Source of the DNA: an uncultured Burkholderiales bacterium
GTDB lineage: Bacteria > Bacteroidota > Bacteroidia > UBA8524
Direction of reading: 5' to 3'
Length of the DNA stretch: 64,000 nt
Assembly (NCBI GenBank): GCA_964620355.1
Contig: CAZUIT010000004.1
Coordinates: forward strand, 45,652 to 109,651
In this document: in pieces, positions 39,377 through 48,624 of the stretch
Numbering within the stretch: position 1 is the first letter of the stretch
Layout: the number at the start of each line of letters is the position of its first letter
Notes under the pieces: generated by a model
Told to the model about the DNA's origin: nothing
Seen by the model: only the letters and a program-made list of their open reading frames with translations
Database searches by the model: none
Program-made: the position numbers and the translations under genes

Positions 39377-39552
39377 ATGCAAATCATTCAAGTCGAAATA
39401 TTAAGTGATCAGGGCTTAAGCTATTGAAGCAGCTCGAGAAATTGAATGGGCTCAATTTGTTGCGCTCAGATAGGAAAAAGGATTTGCCAAAACGCAAGTG
39501 GTCTGGTTCCATATTAAAGGAGACTGCTGAAAAAATGCTGGCTGAGATTTAA
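39377..39552 (+). pseudogene. Frameshifted antitoxin-like small ORF. MQIIQVEILSDQGL stops after 16 aa, then a +1 frame continues ...KLLKQLEKLNGL...AEKMLAEI.
   Basis: Two adjacent reading frames that join into one roughly 60 aa protein only if a frameshift is assumed. The second frame ends 14 nt before a PIN-like ORF. Confidence 0.3.
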
Positions 39553-39566
39553 CAAGAACGAGGTGA

Positions 39567-39713
39567 ATGGGAACCCAATACCTAGCCGATACCAATGCAA
39601 TAATCGAATTTCTTGGTGGCGCATTTAATTCTCATCTGCTCCTCACAAGGCGACTAAAATCAGTAATCGTTGAGACACAACCATTAGCTGCGACAGAGCC
39701 ATCTCCTGTCTAA
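39567..39713 (+). pseudogene. Truncated PIN-domain (VapC-like) toxin remnant. It is 48 aa, MGTQYLADTNAIIEFLGG..., where full-length PIN proteins are about 130 aa.
   Basis: YLaDTNaII is the hallmark N-terminal acidic/DTN motif of PIN nucleases. The ORF stops early. Confidence 0.4.
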
Positions 39714-39744
39714 CCATCTGACTGTCTAATTGTCTAAAAGTCTA
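39707..39744. repeat. Copy A of a GTCTAA-rich 38 nt intergenic motif (TGTCTAACCATCTGACTGTCTAATTGTCTAAAAGTCTA)
   Basis: It matches copy B at 58412-58449 in about 31 of 36 positions. Both copies lie about 40-110 nt upstream of + strand genes. Confidence 0.5.
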
Positions 39745-39746
39745 TT

Positions 39747-39754
39747 TATCTTTG
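39747..39754 (+). promoter_or_regulatory. Candidate -7 promoter element TATCTTTG for trhO
   Basis: Exact TAnnTTTG, 31 nt upstream of the ATG at 39785. Confidence 0.35.
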
Positions 39755-39784
39755 CTCCGTCCAACTTGAAATTGGAAGCCATTC

Positions 39785-40813
39785 ATGAATTTACACAATA
39801 AGGAAAATCGTGAGATCCTCAAGGAGAAGATCTTACAATCCAAAGAAGCACGGAATACCGTCTCTTTTTACAATTATTACCAACTCAAAAATCCGGCATT
39901 TGTCCGCGATTATCTCTTTATCGAATTTGAAAAATTAGGCGTTCTGGGTCGCATTTATGTGGCACATGAAGGCACCAATGCGCAGGCATCTGTTCCTCAA
40001 AAAAGGTGGGATGATTTTGTCGCATTTATGAATTCCATTTCCTTTTTAGAGGGACTTCGTTTGAATACTGCGGTAGAAAATGACGATAAATCCTTCTTTA
40101 AACTTATTGTGCGCCTCAAGGAAAAAATAGTGGCGGATGGCCTGAACGATTCAACCTTTGATGTAACCGATAAAGGCACGCACCTGAACGCTGCCGCCTT
40201 CAATGAATTGACTTCCGACCCAGAAACCATCTTGGTGGATATGCGCAATCATTATGAATCTGAGGTGGGTCACTTTGAGGGAGCCTGGTGCCCAGATGTA
40301 GATACTTTTCGTGAACAATTGCCGCTTGTGGTAGATGAACTAGCCGATAAAAAAGACAAGAATATTGTCATGTACTGCACCGGTGGTATCCGCTGTGAAA
40401 AGGCATCTGCCTGGCTCAAACACAATGGCTTTGGGAATGTATATCAGCTCGAAGGCGGTATCATCAAATATGCGAGAGACGCAAAAGCAGAAGGCTTACC
40501 CATCAAATTCCGGGGTAAAAACTTTGTCTTTGACGAACGCCTAGGCGAACGTATCAATGGAGAAGTAATCGCACAATGCCATCAATGCGGAAAGCCAGCT
40601 GATGTGCATACGAATTGCAAAAACAAGGCATGCAATCTCCTCTTTATCCAATGTGAGGAATGCGCCGAAAAAATGGAAGGCACCTGCTCAACAAAATGCC
40701 AAGACATTATCCATCTCCCAGAAGAGGAACAGGCCGCTCTTCGCAAGAATACAGACAGCGGCGTGAGGATTTTTTCGAAGGGTAGGTTTGATGACCTGTC
40801 AATAGGTAGATAA
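39785..40813 (+). CDS. trhO: Rhodanese-domain protein of the UPF0176/YceA family (tRNA uridine(34) hydroxylase TrhO-like)
   Basis: N-terminal YceA-like region, a central rhodanese domain with the active Cys in CTGGIRCE, and a C-terminal Cys-rich tail. Confidence 0.75.
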   Translation: MNLHNKENREILKEKILQSKEARNTVSFYNYYQLKNPAFVRDYLFIEFEKLGVLGRIYVAHEGTNAQASVPQKRWDDFVAFMNSISFLEGLRLNTAVENDDKSFFKLIVRLKEKIVADGLNDSTFDVTDKGTHLNAAAFNELTSDPETILVDMRNHYESEVGHFEGAWCPDVDTFREQLPLVVDELADKKDKNIVMYCTGGIRCEKASAWLKHNGFGNVYQLEGGIIKYARDAKAEGLPIKFRGKNFVFDERLGERINGEVIAQCHQCGKPADVHTNCKNKACNLLFIQCEECAEKMEGTCSTKCQDIIHLPEEEQAALRKNTDSGVRIFSKGRFDDLSIGR

Positions 40814-41046
40814 ATCGATGATTCAAATTTGCAAGGGTGAGAAATTGCGATAGTTAGCACATGATCTTCCAGTCACCCTGAGCGTAGCCGAAGCTAGGTT
40901 TAGCCCAAACGCTGTCTATAACTCAAATTCTCTGCATGCTTTCTGCCCAATTTTGAGTTTTGTCAGACCATAAAAAGTCCTTTAGCTATGGTATCTATGA
41001 AGGGTAATGTAAATTTTTCATTATTAGCTAATTGAAAAAAAACGCA

Positions 41047-41083
41047 TCGTAAAATTTTGCGCGTTTTGTAAACGTTCTCCCTC
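41047..41083 (-). terminator. Possible terminator downstream of the purD-DUF502-DUF1684 operon
   Basis: The minus-strand reading AACGCGC...GATGCGTT is followed by T8. The stem is imperfect. Confidence 0.35.
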
Positions 41084-41159
41084 AGGACGTCGGCAGAATC
41101 AAATTACAAATATGGATGAAGAACGAAGTCTCACATCTCAAATCTTAAATCTCTCGTCT

Positions 41160-41774
41160 CTAATGCTCTCTCCAACTCAGTACTCCAGCTTCAATGCGAA
41201 CGGGTAAATTATTTTCTTGGGGTGGAATCGGACAAGAGTAGCGACTATTATAAGCGCAGTATGGATTATATGCCCGATTAAAATCGAGAATAACCGTATC
41301 GCCAAGAGGGCCTTGAATATCGAGGTAACGGCCTCCTCCATAGGATTCAAAGCCATTGGTGGAGTCGTTGAATGGGATAAAAAGGTAGTTTTCATAGCCG
41401 GCTTTTTTACTCAAGTCAACATTTCGGTAAACGGATAAACGGCATTCGATTCCATCGAGAGTAAAAAATAGGTGGCCATGCTTGACATATTTAGGTGTGC
41501 GGTCTGTGCTCGTTGGCATCAGGAAGGGCCTTTCCTTTGGAGTAGCTTCGAATCGAGCGGCTACCACATACTTGGCATTGAAATCGAAATAGCTCAGTCC
41601 ATCAAAATGTTCTAGGTCTTCACGGGTCAGTGGAGATTGTTTTGGGTCGGCAAACTCCTCGTTATTGACCACGCGGATGGAGTCATTGATGGTCTGGTAC
41701 AACGCCGTGTCAATCTGACCAATCGCTTGGATACTCATCCATAGACAAAAAATACTAAGCAGGCTTTTCTTCAT
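41160..41774 (-). CDS. DUF1684-domain lipoprotein or secreted protein
   Basis: FDGLSYFDFNAKYVVAARFE...HLFFTLDGIECRLSVY...GGGRYL matches DUF1684. Signal peptide MKKSLLSIFCLWMSIQAIGQ. The start is trimmed from the 41825 extension. Confidence 0.7.
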   Translation of the reverse strand: MKKSLLSIFCLWMSIQAIGQIDTALYQTINDSIRVVNNEEFADPKQSPLTREDLEHFDGLSYFDFNAKYVVAARFEATPKERPFLMPTSTDRTPKYVKHGHLFFTLDGIECRLSVYRNVDLSKKAGYENYLFIPFNDSTNGFESYGGGRYLDIQGPLGDTVILDFNRAYNPYCAYNSRYSCPIPPQENNLPVRIEAGVLSWREH

Positions 41775-42375
41775 TTTTGGGCATTTTACGGATGGCTTCG
41801 GGATCGGTAACTCCTCCTGAAACAATAAATTTCATGAGTTCGGAAGAGTTTCCATTTAGTGGTTTGATTTTTTCTTTTGGAACTAAAAATAGATTTCCTG
41901 AAAAATTATAGGAGTGGGGAAAATATACTGCAACGAGCCCTTCTAGTTCGATGGCACTTAAGTCCTTACCGGTGACAAATCCCAGTTTATAGATGCCGTT
42001 GGTCATCTCCACAGCCACACCTTCCGTAAACTTCTTTTTATCGCCTACAAAAGCTTCAATAAAGTCTTTGATCATGGAATAAATCACCTTGATGCCTGGT
42101 GTTTTCTCCAAAAGATGGTCGAAGAAATCGAGGATGGGTTTGGTAAGAAGTCCTTCGCCAATGAAGCCAATAAAGGTGATAAAGCTCAGTACCAATACAA
42201 GGCCTAAGCCGGGAATGCTTAAGCCAAAGAAATATTGGGTATCGATGATATTGTCTACCAAATGAAAGGCGGTGACAAGGACATAGGCGGTTCCTGCGAT
42301 CGGAAGGGAAATCAATAAGCCTCCTAAGAAGTAATTGAAGAGTCTCCGGAAGGTAAGGGGGCGATTAATTCTCAT
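41755..42375 (-). CDS. DUF502-family membrane protein
   Basis: Two N-terminal TM helices followed by GEGLLTKPILDFFDHLLEKTPGIKVIYSMIKD, the DUF502 signature. The gene overlaps the purD stop by 4 nt. Confidence 0.7.
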   Translation of the reverse strand: MRINRPLTFRRLFNYFLGGLLISLPIAGTAYVLVTAFHLVDNIIDTQYFFGLSIPGLGLVLVLSFITFIGFIGEGLLTKPILDFFDHLLEKTPGIKVIYSMIKDFIEAFVGDKKKFTEGVAVEMTNGIYKLGFVTGKDLSAIELEGLVAVYFPHSYNFSGNLFLVPKEKIKPLNGNSSELMKFIVSGGVTDPEAIRKMPKNEEKPA

Positions 42376-43661
42376 GTTTGCTGAATTTTTAACAAATCTT
42401 GTCCAATGTCTTTACGGTAATTTTTCCCCTCAAAACCAATTGCTTCCGCTTGCTCGAAAGATTGGGATAAGGCTTCTGTTAAGGAATTGGCTAAGCTGGT
42501 TATAGCAAAAACCCGTCCTCCATTCGTAAGGCATTTTCCATCACTCATTTTGGTGCCTGAATGAAATACGAGCGATTTGCTTGGCGAGTCGAGTCCGATA
42601 ATTTCCTTGCCTTTTGCGTAGCTTTCTGGATAACCGCCTGAAACAAGAACAACTGTCGCAGCGGTTTTTGGAATAATCTTCAGTGATTTTGTCCCCAGGT
42701 TTTGTTCGCAAACGCCATTTAAGAGGTCAACAAGGTCGCAGTCCAAACGAGGGAATACGGCTTCCGTTTCAGGATCTCCCATGCGCACATTGTATTCTAT
42801 CACGTATGGATCTCCGCCTACGTTCATCAATCCAATAAAGATAAATCCACGGTAATCGATGCCGTCTTTCTGCAAGCCAGAGATGGTAGGCTTCACAATG
42901 CGCTCTTCCACTTTGTCCATAAAGGCTTGGTCGACGAATGGTACCGGGGAAATAGCGCCCATTCCACCTGTATTTAGGCCCGTATCTCCCTCACCAATGC
43001 GCTTATAGTCTTTGGCTTCTGGAAGTAGGAAATAATCCTTTCCATCAGTTAATACAAAAACAGAAACTTCAATTCCTTTTAAAAATTCTTCAATCACCAC
43101 CTGAGATGAAGCGGCTCCAAATTTAGCATCCGCTAGCATGGCATGTAACTCAGCTTTGGCCTCCTCTAAGGTTTCTGGAATTACAACGCCTTTCCCTGCG
43201 GCCAGTCCATCCGCCTTTAAAACATATGGGGCATGCAAAGTTTCTAAAAACTTCTTTCCCTCGTCTAAGTTCTCTGCATCAAAGGTCTGGTAGGCTGCAG
43301 TTGGTACACCGTGTTTGGCCATGAAGGCTTTGGCAAAATCTTTTGAGCCTTCTAATAGTGCTCCTTGTTTTTCAGGTCCAGCCACCTTTATTTGTTCCAG
43401 GCTTGGTGTATCGCGGAAATAATCAACAATGCCATGAACCAAAGGGTCTTCGCTGCCTGGTACCAGCATGTCGATCTCATGCTCAAGGCAAAAAGCACCA
43501 ATGCTTGCGAAGTCGAGAATGTTTAAACTTACATTTTCTCCATGCTGAGCAGTACCCGCATTTCCGGGTGCGATAAATAGATTTTCACATAGGGCGCTCT
43601 GAGAAAATTTCCAAGCAAATGCATGTTCCCGTCCGCCGGAACCAAGGATCAAAATATTCAT
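42372..43661 (-). CDS. purD: Phosphoribosylamine--glycine ligase
   Basis: MNILILGSGGREHAFAWK... is the ATP-grasp PurD signature, 429 aa. Confidence 0.95.
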   Translation of the reverse strand: MNILILGSGGREHAFAWKFSQSALCENLFIAPGNAGTAQHGENVSLNILDFASIGAFCLEHEIDMLVPGSEDPLVHGIVDYFRDTPSLEQIKVAGPEKQGALLEGSKDFAKAFMAKHGVPTAAYQTFDAENLDEGKKFLETLHAPYVLKADGLAAGKGVVIPETLEEAKAELHAMLADAKFGAASSQVVIEEFLKGIEVSVFVLTDGKDYFLLPEAKDYKRIGEGDTGLNTGGMGAISPVPFVDQAFMDKVEERIVKPTISGLQKDGIDYRGFIFIGLMNVGGDPYVIEYNVRMGDPETEAVFPRLDCDLVDLLNGVCEQNLGTKSLKIIPKTAATVVLVSGGYPESYAKGKEIIGLDSPSKSLVFHSGTKMSDGKCLTNGGRVFAITSLANSLTEALSQSFEQAEAIGFEGKNYRKDIGQDLLKIQQT

Positions 43662-43763
43662 GGCACAAAATTAGCCCATTTTGCCTTGCTATTGGGACAC
43701 AATTTTCGCAGCCCTTTGGCAAATTATATTAATTTTACGCCCCATTTTTAAGCGCAACAGTGC

Positions 43764-46700
43764 ATGATTGATTCGATAATTAAAGGGTTTTCCAAGCTTT
43801 TTGGAAACAAATCTGAGAAAGATATTAAGGATATTCTTCCTCGGATTGAAAAGATAAATGCTCATTATGCGAGCTATACCAACTTGAGCCATGATGAGCT
43901 CAGAGCCAAGACGGCAGAGTTTAAAAGTCGCATTGCTGACTATCTGTCAGACATTGAGGCAGAAATTAGCTCTCTGAAAAAAAGAGTAGACACGGAATTA
44001 GACATGGACATGCATGTCAAGGAAGATATCTATGAAAACCTCGACAGACTGAAAAAAGAACGCAACGAAAAACTCGAAGTGATTCTTGACGAGATCTTGG
44101 AAGAGGCTTTTGCCGTGGTAAAGGAAACTGCTAGAAGGTTCAAGGAGAATGAAGAGCTTGTGGTGAGTGCTAGCGAATTTGATCGTGATCTTGCTGCGCG
44201 CAAAGACTTTGTGACCATCAAAGGAAACGATGCTGTTTGGAAGAACGAATGGGATGCAGCGGGTAACCTAGTAAAATGGGATATGCTTCATTACGATGTG
44301 CAGCTTATTGGTGGTATTGTATTGCATCAAGGAAAAATTTCTGAGATGGCGACTGGTGAGGGTAAAACCTTGGTGTCGACTTTACCTGCTTATTTGAATG
44401 CTTTGAGTGGTCATGGCGTTCATTTGGTAACAGTGAATGATTACCTCGCTCGTCGTGACTGTGAATGGAATGGTCCCTTATTTCAGTTCCATGGAATAAG
44501 TACAGCTTGCCTCGATTATACGCAGCCAAATTCTGAGGAGCGTCGTGAAGCCTATAGGGCGGATATTGTTTATGGAACCAATAATGAATTCGGTTTCGAT
44601 TACCTCCGGGATAATATGGCGCGTGATACCGAAGATTTGGTGCAGCGTGAACATCATTATGCGATGATTGATGAGGTGGATTCTGTTTTGATTGATGATG
44701 CAAGAACTCCATTGATTATCTCCGGACCAGTTCCTCGGGGTGATCAACATGAATTTGCCGAATTGAAACCGCGTATCCAACGTTTGGTTGATGCCCAAAA
44801 GAAATATTTAAATACTGCCCTTAGTGATGCAAAACGCATGATTGAAGCAGGGGATGAGAAAAACGGAGGAATGCAATTATTCCGCGCTTACCGTGGTCTC
44901 CCGAAAATGAAGCCATTGATTAAATTCTTGGGAGAACCAGGAATGAAGGCTATCATGCAAAAAACAGAAAATATTCACCTGGCGGATAACCAAAAGGAAA
45001 TGCCGAAGGTGGATGCGGAACTGTTCTTTGTAATTGATGAAAAGAATAATAGTATTGAGCTTACAGAAAAAGGTATCGAGCTGATTACTGGATCAGGAGA
45101 AGATCAAAGTTTTTTCGTATTGCCAGATTTTGGTGGCGAAATGGCTGAAATTGAAAAATCTCAATTAGATGAAGCCAGCAAAGCAAAACGCAAAGAAGAG
45201 CTGATTCAAGATTTCTCAGAAAAATCAGAACGTATTCATTCCATCAATCAATTGCTCAAGGCATATTGTCTCTTTGAAAATGATATTGATTATATCATCG
45301 TTGATGGCAAGATTAAAATTGTGGATGAGCAAACTGGTCGTGTATTGGATGGACGTCGTTATTCTGACGGACTGCATCAAGCGATAGAAGCCAAAGAAAA
45401 TGTGAAGGTAGAAGCGGCGACACAAACTTTTGCGACCGTTACCTTACAGAATTACTTCAGAATGTACCATAAGCTTTCCGGGATGACCGGAACAGCCGAA
45501 ACGGAAGCAGGAGAATTCTGGGAAATCTATAAATTGGATGTGGTGGTAATTCCTACCAACCGTCCGATTGTAAGAAATGACGACAATGATCTCGTCTTTA
45601 AAACAACGCGTGAGAAATTTAATGCGGTAATTGATGAAGTGGTCAAACTGAGTGAATCAGGCCGACCAGTATTGGTGGGTACTACTTCAGTGGAGATATC
45701 TGAGCTACTTGCTCGGATGCTTACTATGCGCAAAATAAAACACAATGTATTGAATGCCAAACAGAACCAACGTGAGGCTGAAATTGTGGCTGCAGCGGGT
45801 CAATCTGGGGCGGTTACCATTGCCACCAATATGGCCGGTCGTGGTACGGATATCAAGCTTGGTCCGGATGTGAAGCAAGCCGGTGGTTTAGCGATTGTTG
45901 GTACCGAACGACATGATTCACGCCGCGTGGATCGTCAGTTGCGTGGTCGTGCCGGTCGTCAGGGAGATCCAGGTAGTTCACAGTTTTTTGTGTCATTGGA
46001 AGATAACCTCATGCGCCTGTTTGGTTCAGAGCGTATTTCGAAGGTTATGGACCGTTTCGGGCATGAAGAAGGCGAAGTGATTCAACATGGAATGATTTCA
46101 AAGTCCATCGAGAATGCACAGAAAAAAGTAGAGCAGAATAACTTCGGCATCAGGAAGCGTTTGTTGGAATATGATGATGTCATGAATAGCCAACGCGAAG
46201 TGGTGTATTCAAAACGACGCAATGCTTTGTTCGGTGATAAACTGTCGTTAGACATCAATAATATGATGTTTGGAATGTGCAATTCACTGGCTGGAGAATA
46301 TCATACAACTGGAGATTTCGAAGGTTTGAAGGTTGAGCTATTACGCTTGTTGGCCTTTGATATTAAGATGGATGAGGAGCAATTTCTCGGAATGAAAACC
46401 GACAAGTTTGCTGAAGCACTTTTCCATGAACTAAGCTCCGAATACCAACGAAGAAGTAAGGCTATTGCGGCACAAGCAATGCCTGTGTTTAAAGATATCT
46501 TTACTACACGTGGTGAGACTGTTGAGAATATTTCTGTTCCATTTACAGATGGAAAACGTGGCTTGCAAGTTATCGCAAACCTGAAGAAGACGGTTGAATC
46601 AGATGGACGTGAATTGATTAATGCATATCAAAAAGCAGTTACGCTTGCCATCATCGACGAGGAGTGGAAAGAGCATCTACGTGAGATGGATGATCTAAAG

Positions 46701-47084
46701 CAGTCAGTTCAACAAGCTGTTTATGAGCAAAAAGATCCCCTCTTGATTTATAAACTTGAGTCGTTTAAATTATTTGAAGGGTTGGTTGATCGTTTAAATA
46801 GAGATACCGTGAGTTTGCTCGTTAAGGGGCATATCATGACCAACGATGGCGACCAAGAAGTACGTGAGGCCCAGGCTGAACGCCCGAAAACCGACATGAG
46901 TAAACTGCAAATGAGTCGGGAGGATCGAATGAATGCACCGCAACAGGAGCCAAGAGCAGAAGGACAAGCCCAACAGCGCGTTCATCAAAATCCAATGAAA
47001 GCGGACTTGAAAGTGGGAAGAAATGATGCTTGTCCATGCGGAAGCGGAAAGAAATTTAAAAATTGCCACGGTAAGGAAGCCTAA
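43764..47084 (+). CDS. secA: Preprotein translocase ATPase SecA
   Basis: 1106 aa with a DEAD-like motor domain, GEGKTLVSTLPAYLNAL, and a C-terminal zinc finger CPCGSGKKFKNCHG. Confidence 0.95.
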   Translation: MIDSIIKGFSKLFGNKSEKDIKDILPRIEKINAHYASYTNLSHDELRAKTAEFKSRIADYLSDIEAEISSLKKRVDTELDMDMHVKEDIYENLDRLKKERNEKLEVILDEILEEAFAVVKETARRFKENEELVVSASEFDRDLAARKDFVTIKGNDAVWKNEWDAAGNLVKWDMLHYDVQLIGGIVLHQGKISEMATGEGKTLVSTLPAYLNALSGHGVHLVTVNDYLARRDCEWNGPLFQFHGISTACLDYTQPNSEERREAYRADIVYGTNNEFGFDYLRDNMARDTEDLVQREHHYAMIDEVDSVLIDDARTPLIISGPVPRGDQHEFAELKPRIQRLVDAQKKYLNTALSDAKRMIEAGDEKNGGMQLFRAYRGLPKMKPLIKFLGEPGMKAIMQKTENIHLADNQKEMPKVDAELFFVIDEKNNSIELTEKGIELITGSGEDQSFFVLPDFGGEMAEIEKSQLDEASKAKRKEELIQDFSEKSERIHSINQLLKAYCLFENDIDYIIVDGKIKIVDEQTGRVLDGRRYSDGLHQAIEAKENVKVEAATQTFATVTLQNYFRMYHKLSGMTGTAETEAGEFWEIYKLDVVVIPTNRPIVRNDDNDLVFKTTREKFNAVIDEVVKLSESGRPVLVGTTSVEISELLARMLTMRKIKHNVLNAKQNQREAEIVAAAGQSGAVTIATNMAGRGTDIKLGPDVKQAGGLAIVGTERHDSRRVDRQLRGRAGRQGDPGSSQFFVSLEDNLMRLFGSERISKVMDRFGHEEGEVIQHGMISKSIENAQKKVEQNNFGIRKRLLEYDDVMNSQREVVYSKRRNALFGDKLSLDINNMMFGMCNSLAGEYHTTGDFEGLKVELLRLLAFDIKMDEEQFLGMKTDKFAEALFHELSSEYQRRSKAIAAQAMPVFKDIFTTRGETVENISVPFTDGKRGLQVIANLKKTVESDGRELINAYQKAVTLAIIDEEWKEHLREMDDLKQSVQQAVYEQKDPLLIYKLESFKLFEGLVDRLNRDTVSLLVKGHIMTNDGDQEVREAQAERPKTDMSKLQMSREDRMNAPQQEPRAEGQAQQRVHQNPMKADLKVGRNDACPCGSGKKFKNCHGKEA

Positions 47085-47725
47085 TGCCAAGTTTTGAGAG
47101 CCATATAGAATACACTCTTTTGAAGGCAAACACTTCATGGGAAGACGTCACGCATCTATTGGCAACGGCACAGAAGAAGGGGTATTGCGGCATTTGTGTT
47201 TCGCCATACTTCGTGAAGGCTGCTGCCCGCCATATTCGTGAAAACGAATTAAAATTGAAATTAATCACCGTGGTAGGTTTTCCTATGGGCTATAGTGCAG
47301 TGAGCGCTAAAGTCGAAGAGGTCAAGAAAGCAGTGATGGAGGGAGCAGACGAGTTGGATATAGTCGTCAACCTTTCTGCTTTCTTCTCGAAAGATATGGC
47401 GGTATTGAAAAATGATATCAATAGTGTCGTGACGGCCTGTCACTTGCACAATAAAAAAGCAAAAATCATCTTAGAAACGGGTGCGCTTGACGAAAAGGAA
47501 ATGCTTAAATTGGCAGAGATATGCGTTCAGGCAGGTGCAAACTTTGTAAAAACCTCGACCGGTTATTTTGAAATTGGAGCGGAGTTAGAAAAGGTGAAAG
47601 CATTAAAAGCATACTTACCAGAAACCGTTAAGATTAAAGCGTCTGCGGGTATTAAAACGAGAGTACAGGCAGAAGCATTTATTGCAGCCGGAGCTTCTCG
47701 AATTGGAACGTCAACAGCATTATAG
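47084..47725 (+). CDS. deoC: Deoxyribose-phosphate aldolase
   Basis: DeoC TIM-barrel motifs: a Lys in KIKASAGIKT, and VVGFPMGYS. The start ATG overlaps the secA TAA by 1 nt (TAATG). Confidence 0.9.
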   Translation: MPSFESHIEYTLLKANTSWEDVTHLLATAQKKGYCGICVSPYFVKAAARHIRENELKLKLITVVGFPMGYSAVSAKVEEVKKAVMEGADELDIVVNLSAFFSKDMAVLKNDINSVVTACHLHNKKAKIILETGALDEKEMLKLAEICVQAGANFVKTSTGYFEIGAELEKVKALKAYLPETVKIKASAGIKTRVQAEAFIAAGASRIGTSTAL

Positions 47726-47733
47726 GTACTACC

Positions 47734-48138
47734 ATGAAGCGACTAATATATGTGATCCTGTTTAGTATTCCTTTGCCCTTAATGGCTCAGGATAACAGCG
47801 GAAGCGGAAAAGTTACGGTGAAGGCAGATCCACGTATCGAGAAGATTTTAAATCGACGTGTGGAGTTTTTTAATTTAGACTCCAGCCAACAAGGATACCG
47901 ACTTCAAATAATGTCGATAACAGACAGGAAGGAAGCGATGCTAGAGATGGAAAATTTCCAACTGAAATATCCTCAAATTCCTATCTATCTCAAGTATGAT
48001 TCACCTAATTTTAAATTAAGAATTGGAGATTTTTCAAATAAAATTGAGGCGCATTATTGGTTTATGAAGTTGCAAGAAGATTACCCGCATCTCTTTGTAG
48101 TGCCCGATAAAGTCTATCCCAAACAAATTGCAGAGTGA
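47734..48138 (+). CDS. SPOR-domain-like secreted protein
   Basis: Signal peptide. The C-terminal GYRLQIMSITDRKEAMLEMENFQLKYP resembles the SPOR repeat. Confidence 0.45.
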   Translation: MKRLIYVILFSIPLPLMAQDNSGSGKVTVKADPRIEKILNRRVEFFNLDSSQQGYRLQIMSITDRKEAMLEMENFQLKYPQIPIYLKYDSPNFKLRIGDFSNKIEAHYWFMKLQEDYPHLFVVPDKVYPKQIAE

Positions 48139-48172
48139 TTTTCTGAAAATCATTTTTAATTCTAATATCTCC

Positions 48173-48180
48173 GTACTATC
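48173..48180 (+). promoter_or_regulatory. Candidate -7 promoter element TATCTTTG for rplS
   Basis: Exact TAnnTTTG, 28 nt upstream of the ATG at 48208. Confidence 0.35.
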
Positions 48181-48207
48181 TTTGCAGTCCTTTTAAGAAA
48201 TCGAGCA

Positions 48208-48555
48208 ATGGATTTGATAAAATTAGTTGAAGCAGAATTTGCTACCAATACAGAAACTCCAGCATTTAATCCGGGAGATACGGTTACCGTTTCTTACCGA
48301 ATTAAAGAGGGAGCTAAGGAACGTATTCAGCAGTTCCAAGGTGTTGTTATTCAACGCAGAAATAGCGGAATGAGCGAAACCTTTACAGTTCGTAAAGTGT
48401 CGAATGGTGTAGGTGTAGAGCGTATCTTCCCAGTGAGAAGCCCTTTCATTGAGAAAGTAGAAATTAACAAGAGAGGTAAAGTTAGAAGAGCACGTTTGTT
48501 CTATCTTAGAAAACTTACTGGTAAAGCTGCTCGTATCAAAGAGAGAAGAGTTTAG
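48208..48555 (+). CDS. rplS: 50S ribosomal protein L19
   Basis: Canonical L19 sequence, 115 aa. Confidence 0.95.
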   Translation: MDLIKLVEAEFATNTETPAFNPGDTVTVSYRIKEGAKERIQQFQGVVIQRRNSGMSETFTVRKVSNGVGVERIFPVRSPFIEKVEINKRGKVRRARLFYLRKLTGKAARIKERRV

Positions 48556-48582
48556 TTTTCTTATACCAGAAAAATATAGAAT

Positions 48583-48616
48583 CCCGGTTGGCCAAATGGC
48601 TAATCGGGTTTTTTTA
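48583..48616. terminator. Rho-independent terminator after rplS, possibly bidirectional for the convergent lipoprotein gene
   Basis: CCCGGTTGGCCA-AAA-TGGCTAATCGGG is a 12 bp stem with two G-U pairs, followed by T7. Confidence 0.6.
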
Positions 48617-48624
48617 TGCCATGG

